NCBI GenBank assembly: GCA_965263355.1
Contig: CBDHHL010000032.1
Coordinates: 3,488,001 to 3,552,000 of the forward strand
DNA: 64,000 nt
Direction: 5' to 3'
Source of the DNA: Leptolyngbyaceae cyanobacterium
GTDB lineage: Bacteria > Cyanobacteriota > Cyanobacteriia > Phormidesmidales > Phormidesmidaceae
Positions 57,586-64,000 of the stretch are shown here, piece by piece (position 1 is the first letter of the stretch; each line of letters starts with the position of its first letter). The notes beneath the pieces were generated by a model, which saw only the letters and a list, made by a program, of their open reading frames with translations, did no database searches and had not been told where the DNA came from. The position numbers and the translations under genes were made by a program.

Positions 57586-59937
57586 ATGTCTTTGACGGTG
57601 TCATCGCCGCCTGTTGTTGCGTCTGACTTAACTTCATCCGCCGTCGCCGTGCTTAATGTAGATGGCATGATGTGTGCTGGCTGTGTGCAAGCAGTGGAAA
57701 CCCAGCTACGTCAGTGTGAGGGGGTTGCTGCGGCAACCGTAAACTTAGTCACTAAAGCAGCAGCAGTGCAGTATCAAGCAGAGCTGGTGGACCCCCAACA
57801 ACTAGCCATAGTCTTGACTGATGCAGGGTTTCCCAGCCAAGTGCGTCAAGGACAAGAGGCTAGTAATTGGGCCGAACAGCAGGCGGCTGAGCAACAGGGG
57901 CAAGGATGGCGAGTTGCGATCGCCCTCACCCTATTAGCCTTATCTATCCTTGGCCATTTGCAACATATCGGTGCAGGCAATCGTTTCGCCGTGCCGGTTT
58001 TAAGTACCTTAAGTTTTCACTTTGTGTTGGCCAGTCTTACCCTGGTAGGGCCAGCCAGGGAAATTTTGCAGGATGGCTGGCAAGGGGCTCGGCGGTTGCG
58101 ACCCAATATGAATACCCTGGTGAGTATTGGTGCTTTGAGTGCTTACACCACTAGCGTTGCTGCCTTAGTGTTTCCCCGCCTCGGTTGGGAGTGCTTTTTT
58201 GATGAACCCGTCATGCTGCTCAGCTTTATTTTGCTGGGTCGTACCCTGGAAGAACGGGCTCGGTTTCAGGCAACTGCAGCATTGCGTAGTTTAATTGCCC
58301 TGCAACCGGATGTGGCGCGTCTAGTCATGGGTAATCCGTCTGCGCAACCCATTGATATTCCTACTGGCCAGGTGCAGATTGGGGATAGGTTGCGGGTGTT
58401 ACCTGGGGACAAAATTCCAGTGGATGGCCAGATTGAATCCGGTCAGACCACGGTTAATGAAGCGATGGTGACCGGTGAATCATTGCCAGTGACTAAGCAA
58501 TCGGGAGATCAGGTCATTGGTGGCACCCTCAATCAGTCGGGGGCAATTACCATCATCGTTAGCCGTACCGGAGCCGATAGCACCCTGGCTCAGATGATTG
58601 CTTTGGTAGAGTCTGCCCAAACTCGTAAGGCTCCCATCCAAGGCTTAGCTGACACGCTGTCGGGCTATTTTACCTACGGCATTCTGTCCATCGCGCTGTT
58701 GACGTTTCTCTTTTGGTACGGACCAGGACTAACGATTTGGCCAGAAGCGGTTCAGGCCGGGCTGAATCCACACCATATGCATGCAGAGATGGTGATGGAA
58801 ACCTCGAAGTTGTTGGTGAGTTTGAAGCTTGCGATCGCAGTCGTCGTTATCGCCTGCCCTTGTGCTTTAGGTTTAGCCACACCGATGGCGATTTTAGTCG
58901 GTTCTGGCCTTGGGGCCCAGCGTGGATTGCTGGTGCGGGGTGGCGACGTGCTCGAAACAGCCCACCATTTAGACACCATAATTTTTGATAAAACGGGGAC
59001 GCTAACAACTGGACAGCCCTGGGTTACTGATTGTGTTAGTTATGACCACAGTCTGACGACCGATGATGTGATGCGTCTCGCCGCCAGTGTGGAAAAGGTC
59101 ACCCAACATCCCCTGGCGGCTGCGATTGTGGCTGAAGCCACTCAGCGACAGCTGCCCCTTGAGGAGGTGACCGATAGTTTTACAAAGCCAGGTCTGGGGG
59201 TCGCTGCTACCTGGCAAGGGCAAACTATTTATCTCGGTAGTGAAGCTTGGTTGTCTGAGGCTGATATCTTCACCGACGCTGCTACGGATCAGGCCACTGC
59301 CCTGAGTGCCCAAGGTAAAACCCTGGTTTACGTGGCGGTCGATCATCAACTGGCGGGCTTAATTGCCATTGCGGATCGTCCTCGTGATGACGCTAGTGCG
59401 GTAATTGATCAGCTCAAGGCTAAAAATCTACAGGTGCAGTTGCTTAGCGGTGATCGGCCAGCAGTGGCCCATCGTTTAGCGTTAGATTTAGGCATTGCTA
59501 CTTCTGAAGGGCAGATGACCCCCAGTGCCAAAGTCAGCGCCATTGAAAAATTGCAGCAAGCAGGTCATTGTGTTGGGTTTGTTGGGGATGGTATTAATGA
59601 TGCGCCAGCTTTAGCCCAGGCAGATTTAGGGATTGCCATGCATTCTGGTACCGACATTGCCATGGAAACTGCTGATATTGTTTTGATGCGTGATGATTTA
59701 AAGGATGTTTTAGCGGCCCTCGATCTGAGTCGCGGTACCTTTAATAAGATTCGTCAGAACCTGGTCTGGGCTTTTGGCTATAATCTGGTATGCATTCCTC
59801 TGGCAGCAGGAGTATTGTTACCTCAATTTGGTATTTCCCTAAGCCCTGGTTTTGCCGGTGGCTTTATGGCCTTTAGTTCTATAGGAGTGGTGTTGAATTC
59901 ACTGTTGTTAAGATGGCAATTGAGAGAAAGCGGTTAA
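57586..59937 (+). CDS. ctaA: copper-translocating P1B-type ATPase, CtaA/PAA1-like
   Basis: GMMCAGC HMA domain, [28 protein letters not shown]. Confidence 0.85.
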   Translation: MSLTVSSPPVVASDLTSSAVAVLNVDGMMCAGCVQAVETQLRQCEGVAAATVNLVTKAAAVQYQAELVDPQQLAIVLTDAGFPSQVRQGQEASNWAEQQAAEQQGQGWRVAIALTLLALSILGHLQHIGAGNRFAVPVLSTLSFHFVLASLTLVGPAREILQDGWQGARRLRPNMNTLVSIGALSAYTTSVAALVFPRLGWECFFDEPVMLLSFILLGRTLEERARFQATAALRSLIALQPDVARLVMGNPSAQPIDIPTGQVQIGDRLRVLPGDKIPVDGQIESGQTTVNEAMVTGESLPVTKQSGDQVIGGTLNQSGAITIIVSRTGADSTLAQMIALVESAQTRKAPIQGLADTLSGYFTYGILSIALLTFLFWYGPGLTIWPEAVQAGLNPHHMHAEMVMETSKLLVSLKLAIAVVVIACPCALGLATPMAILVGSGLGAQRGLLVRGGDVLETAHHLDTIIFDKTGTLTTGQPWVTDCVSYDHSLTTDDVMRLAASVEKVTQHPLAAAIVAEATQRQLPLEEVTDSFTKPGLGVAATWQGQTIYLGSEAWLSEADIFTDAATDQATALSAQGKTLVYVAVDHQLAGLIAIADRPRDDASAVIDQLKAKNLQVQLLSGDRPAVAHRLALDLGIATSEGQMTPSAKVSAIEKLQQAGHCVGFVGDGINDAPALAQADLGIAMHSGTDIAMETADIVLMRDDLKDVLAALDLSRGTFNKIRQNLVWAFGYNLVCIPLAAGVLLPQFGISLSPGFAGGFMAFSSIGVVLNSLLLRWQLRESG

Positions 59938-60141
59938 CAACTTACCCATGCCTCAGTTGTCTTAGAGTTATGCAGTCTCAAGAAATAGTCTGAAGCGTTA
60001 GGGACTTTACTCCAGTAAAGTCCGCAATAGTAAGGTTAGAGGAAAAAGTTTCGAATATAGCTTCTGGTAAAGAATTGTGGAACCAAGCTTCAACTACAAA
60101 TCTCATTGACGCAATTTATCTCAAGTGTGTTTAGCAAATAG

Positions 60142-60753
60142 TTAGTTTGCTGCAATTGTCGCTAATGCTTTTATGATCTGTAGTGTCTTAGTCAGTCCCT
60201 CATCCTGAGCCAAAATCAGTTCTTTGGATCTGGCATACTGTTTTCCAGAGAGCTTCAAAAATACAAAACTACTGCCGTTGGTGACCAGACCATACAGAGG
60301 TAACGATGACTCCGGAGCAACCATCATGTAGCCCAATACCTGGGGAATTCCAACTTTGAGGGAGAATTCAGCTCGTTTTGACTCAATTACCAACACCCAA
60401 AGCTGATCTTTCAGCACCAGAACATCGAGTCGTCCCTTCAGTGTTGGGCTGGCAATAATTTCTACAGACTTCTCGGTAGTGACATAAAATGGCGGCAGAA
60501 ATAATCCTGCTAAGTCTAGCAGGGGGGCAACCACTGCCATCTTTACAGTATTTTCCAACAACGACCGCCGTTCTAAGTTGGCATAGGCCGCTTCCACCCG
60601 CATTAATAGTTCCTGTTCTGTTGCACTCAGGGGAGGGAATTCTCTCTGCCACTCTAAGAAAAAGGAGTGATCTGTCACCGCTTGTAGCCCAAACCGCTGC
60701 TCTAGGTCATATAGGGTCAACTGTTCAATAGGCAATTTTTGGACCACGGCCAA
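60142..60753 (-). CDS. stand-alone HsdR-N-like restriction endonuclease-fold protein
   Basis: GRLDVLV...VIESKR, Q.L.YM, VTNG. Confidence 0.7.
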   Translation of the reverse strand: MAVVQKLPIEQLTLYDLEQRFGLQAVTDHSFFLEWQREFPPLSATEQELLMRVEAAYANLERRSLLENTVKMAVVAPLLDLAGLFLPPFYVTTEKSVEIIASPTLKGRLDVLVLKDQLWVLVIESKRAEFSLKVGIPQVLGYMMVAPESSLPLYGLVTNGSSFVFLKLSGKQYARSKELILAQDEGLTKTLQIIKALATIAAN

Positions 60754-60839
60754 AACTCCTAGTGCTTCTAATCATAGTTATAGCCTGTGAAGCCAACCAT
60801 TAATCGCCCGCGATTGTATGACCTTAAGCGCTGAAGTTG

Positions 60840-61439
60840 TTATACCTGTTGCCAAAAGTCCGTCACCCGATATCCTAGTTCTCCCAGCATGTCCCGTAGC
60901 ATCGGCATACTGAGGCCAATTACATTAGTGTGGCAGCCCTCTAACTTCTCTACAAAAAAGCCACCCTTACCATCAATAGTAAAAGCCCCAGCGCAGTTCA
61001 TAGGTTCGCCTGTGGCCACATAGTCTTCAATTTCGCGATCGCTAACCCAGCCAAAATGCACCCGAGTCACCTGAGCCCGAGTCAGCGTCTTAGTCGCTTG
61101 AGGCGATATCAACGTATGGCCCGTAAACAGCTCGCCTACCTTACCCCGCATTTTCCACCAGCGTTTGACCGCATCCTCTGGGGTGGCTGGCTTACCGTAG
61201 ATGACACCATCGAAGGCCAGCACCGAGTCGCAGCCCAGTACTACGGCATTGGGAAATAAGGGCGCAACTGCCTCAGCTTTACCCAAGGACAGAGCCTTAA
61301 CCAGGGCGTCTGGCTCACTCAGGGTAATTTGATCTTCGTCAAATTTGCTGGGGGATACAAAGGGTTGGATCCCGGCATTAAGCAAAAGCTGACGTCGAGC
61401 TGAAGATGCTGACGCCAACACAAATTGAGGAGCAGCCAT
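60840..61439 (-). CDS. maf: Maf nucleoside triphosphate pyrophosphatase
   Basis: LASASSARR, GCDSV, GKP, AGAF, NVIGL. Confidence 0.92.
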   Translation of the reverse strand: MAAPQFVLASASSARRQLLLNAGIQPFVSPSKFDEDQITLSEPDALVKALSLGKAEAVAPLFPNAVVLGCDSVLAFDGVIYGKPATPEDAVKRWWKMRGKVGELFTGHTLISPQATKTLTRAQVTRVHFGWVSDREIEDYVATGEPMNCAGAFTIDGKGGFFVEKLEGCHTNVIGLSMPMLRDMLGELGYRVTDFWQQV

Positions 61440-61442
61440 GGC

Positions 61443-61991
61443 CTAATACACCGAGAAGGATGCCACTGACTGAGTCAGTACATTCTTAAGGCGCTTCCAG
61501 CGGGCTTCAGGTACAGAGGCGTTAAAGGTAAATAACTGACCACGACGGACAATGGCACTGGCTAGATTATGGCGTTGACCTTCAGGGGTGTTAGATAGGT
61601 ACTCAAGGATGTAATAGGTCTTATCCCCATCTGCTTCAATATTCTGGGCATTGACGAGTTCTACGTTGCGATCGCCCCCAGCCGCTTCCGTAATACTTTT
61701 GGATAATTTATAGCCAACTTCCGTCGGTCCCCCCAGCTCCTCCAGGGTTTTACCATCAGCGACCGGGCTAACGATGACGCTAACGTTTTCAGTCACATTG
61801 ATAATGTCATGGAAAACCACCTCTGGACCACCAGAGACGTTAACCTCGATCCAGCCAGTAGGGTAGCTAAACTGATAGCCCTGGTAACTATTGGTATAGT
61901 CCAGCAAGCTCACTGGAGCCGAACCACTACAAGCCTGGAGACCAAGTATAGTGGCAAACGCAATTATCAGAGCCGCTAGTCGCTTTAACAT
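61443..61991 (-). CDS. psbP: photosystem II extrinsic lipoprotein CyanoP
   Basis: Lipobox LQAC, GYQFSYPTGW, ENVSV, YYILEY, SFSVY. Confidence 0.9.
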   Translation of the reverse strand: MLKRLAALIIAFATILGLQACSGSAPVSLLDYTNSYQGYQFSYPTGWIEVNVSGGPEVVFHDIINVTENVSVIVSPVADGKTLEELGGPTEVGYKLSKSITEAAGGDRNVELVNAQNIEADGDKTYYILEYLSNTPEGQRHNLASAIVRRGQLFTFNASVPEARWKRLKNVLTQSVASFSVY

Positions 61992-62289
61992 TGGGAATAC
62001 CCGTTAAGTAATGTGAAATAAATTGACAATATCCATTGTCGCATTTTGTGGAAAGTCTATCTCAGCTTAATGCTGGTAGCTAACTTAATGAGCGGGGTAT
62101 GGTGCAACTTGACCAGCACGACTAGCGATCATTCCTGGTGACGTTTAGACGTTCAAATGAATAAGCCCAACAGCGCCAGCATAATCAACTACTGTGCAAC
62201 CGTTTAGGGTCAAGTGGGATGTTAATTATGAGTAATCGCTGGAACTTACGTTACCTTTAGTTTTATTTGATAAGCGGATAAGTGAATTT

Positions 62290-63784
62290 TTGCATCGCTT
62301 TAATCAAAATGAAGTAAAGGTATATAACCGCGCTCAAGAAAAAGGTGACTATGCTCAAGCCCTTGCCTTTTACCAACAAGCTAAAAAACTCTATCAAGAG
62401 ATTCAGGATCCTCTGGGGGAAGCCCGCAGCTTGAACAATATTGCTTCGGTTATTCAAGAAAAAGGTGACTATACTCAAGCCTTGATGCTTTATGAGCAGG
62501 CCAAAGACCGATTTATCAAAGCCTCTCAACCCAAAAGTACCGCTGCTGCTCTGGGCAATATCGGGCTAATTTATATGAGCTTGGGGGATTATGATAGTGC
62601 CTTGAGGGCCTATGCCCAAAGCTTGACGCTTCTAGAATAGATTGTCAGTCAGTCGGGTGTGAATGCTATCTCCGCTGATTTAGGTATTCTGCTGATTAAT
62701 ATGGGAGTCGCATATCACAAGCTGGAAGACTTTACACCAGCCCTAGACTACTATCAGCAAGCGCTTTCTGTTGCAACAGCTGCAGAAAATCGTTTGAGAG
62801 AGGCGAATCTGTTAAATAATATTGGTTTCCTGTATAAGGATATGGATAAGCCGGAGCAGGCATTGTAATCCTTAGAGAAAGCCTTACAGATACATCAACA
62901 GGTTGGTAATCGATTTGGAGAAGCGGCAACATTAGGTAGCCTGGGCTCGCTCTACAGAGAGCAACAAGACTATCAGCAAGCATTAAACATCTACAATCAG
63001 AGTTTAGCTCTATACCAAAAGACTCAAAACCTCACAGAAGAAGCAATTACCCTGAGTAATATCGGCAAAACCTTAGACTTGCAACAACGTCCAGAGCTGG
63101 CCATTGTGTTTTTTAAGCAAGCAGTCAACCAACACGAACTGATTCGCCAGAAGAACATACCCCTATCTGATCAGCTGCAGAAATCCTATGTGGCCACTGT
63201 AGAAGATACTTATCGTCAACTAGCAGATTTGCTGCTGTCCCAGGGACGTTTATTAGAAGCTCAGCAGGTATTAGAGTTACTAAAGCTGGAAGAACTGCGA
63301 GGCTTTACCCAAAATACCCGTGCTACTTGGACTGGGAAAGAGCTAATTCACACTGACGTAGAACAGAATGTGATCAATAGCTATGGTAGCCTGTTGGCAT
63401 TTGCAGCAGTTCTTTATGAATGCGAGAAAGAGTTTTGTGCTGACCTAGAGAATTTATACCAGCAGCGGGAAAAACTGGAGCGTCAATATGATCAGCAGGT
63501 AGCAACCCTAGAGGACTCCCTTAGGCGAGCCCGCACAAGTGACCTACTGTTCTATGACCCAGATTCACTGGCAGATAGAGCTGCTGATATCGTGGAAACT
63601 CAACCAGGGTCGTTATTACTGTATCCCCTGGTTTTGGAAGACAAGCTTTGGCTATTGTGGACAACAGCGGGCGGGGTTGCGGGTAGTAGTGGCTATGCTT
63701 AATGGTAGTTCTAATGGCATCGACCAAGGCTTTGCTCACCCCTACTATTGGGCACCCTTTATTCTGATGGGTAACGGGTTATAG
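62290..63784 (+). pseudogene. TPR + CHAT domain gene, decayed
   Basis: One frame of TPRs broken by TAG (62638) and TAA (62866); YRQLADLLLSQGRLLEAQQVLELLK linker; CHAT tail HPYYWAPFILMGN in another frame. Confidence 0.85.
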
Positions 63785-63809
63785 TGAGCGTAATTGTCGT
63801 AAATCGTTG

Positions 63810-64000
63810 ATGTCGATGGATTATGTTCTTAACCTGATGTTGTTGGCAAGCTTAAGTTGGCAGAGGCCGCTCAAGGTCGCACCCAGCACTTTGCTATCGG
63901 AAATGACTGATATCATCGATAGGAAAAATTTACCAGAGAATTTGCCAGCGCGTCTGGCTCCAACGGAGATTCGTCTTCGAATGCTTCAGTTGCCTGACTG
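63810..64000 (+). CDS. 5' part of an ORF running off the window, possibly pterin-4a-carbinolamine dehydratase-like
   Basis: Open frame ending RLAPTEIRLRMLQLPD(W), resembling the start of PCD domains. Confidence 0.35.
   Translation, partial: MSMDYVLNLMLLASLSWQRPLKVAPSTLLSEMTDIIDRKNLPENLPARLAPTEIRLRMLQLPD

Noticed and set aside
60142..60753. Type I restriction-modification system
   Set aside because: Only a stand-alone nuclease-fold gene; no hsdM, hsdS or helicase
685..63739. Many short overlapping or antisense ORFs in the track
   Set aside because: Shadows of well-supported genes with no independent motifs
1..64000. tRNA, rRNA or CRISPR arrays
   Set aside because: None recognised by eye; a tRNAscan/Infernal run would be needed to exclude small RNAs

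Overview
64 kb of a filamentous-type beta-cyanobacterial chromosome (frequent HIP1 GCGATCGC; gpgS suggests a marine or halotolerant strain). Core content: glmS (partial), ttcA, rfbCDAB, nudC, an ECF sigma/anti-sigma pair, priA, sigE, gpgS, curT, hflX, ppk2, an HtrA protease, the carboxysome operon ccmK2K1LMNO divergent from ndhF4-ndhD4-cupB, a CtaA-type Cu-ATPase, maf and psbP. Accessory content: IS4 and IS1380 remnants (6.7-7.4 kb); a 31-34 kb patch with a solitary integron attC-like site, a frameshifted Tat-exported flavin amine oxidase and a 5'-truncated group II intron; a co-oriented run PspA, substrate-binding/OmpA fusion, 2OG-Fe(II) oxygenase, HTH-LRR-Roc-COR, HtrA; an atypical Septu-like ATPase+HNH pair 20 bp downstream of ccmO; and a decayed TPR-CHAT gene. 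Two small dispersed repeat families are visible by eye: a 73-bp MITE-like element and a 28-bp GTAG palindrome with copy-specific inverted flanks, one copy inside priA. hflX appears to need a non-AUG start. All calls come from motif reading; no database searches were run.
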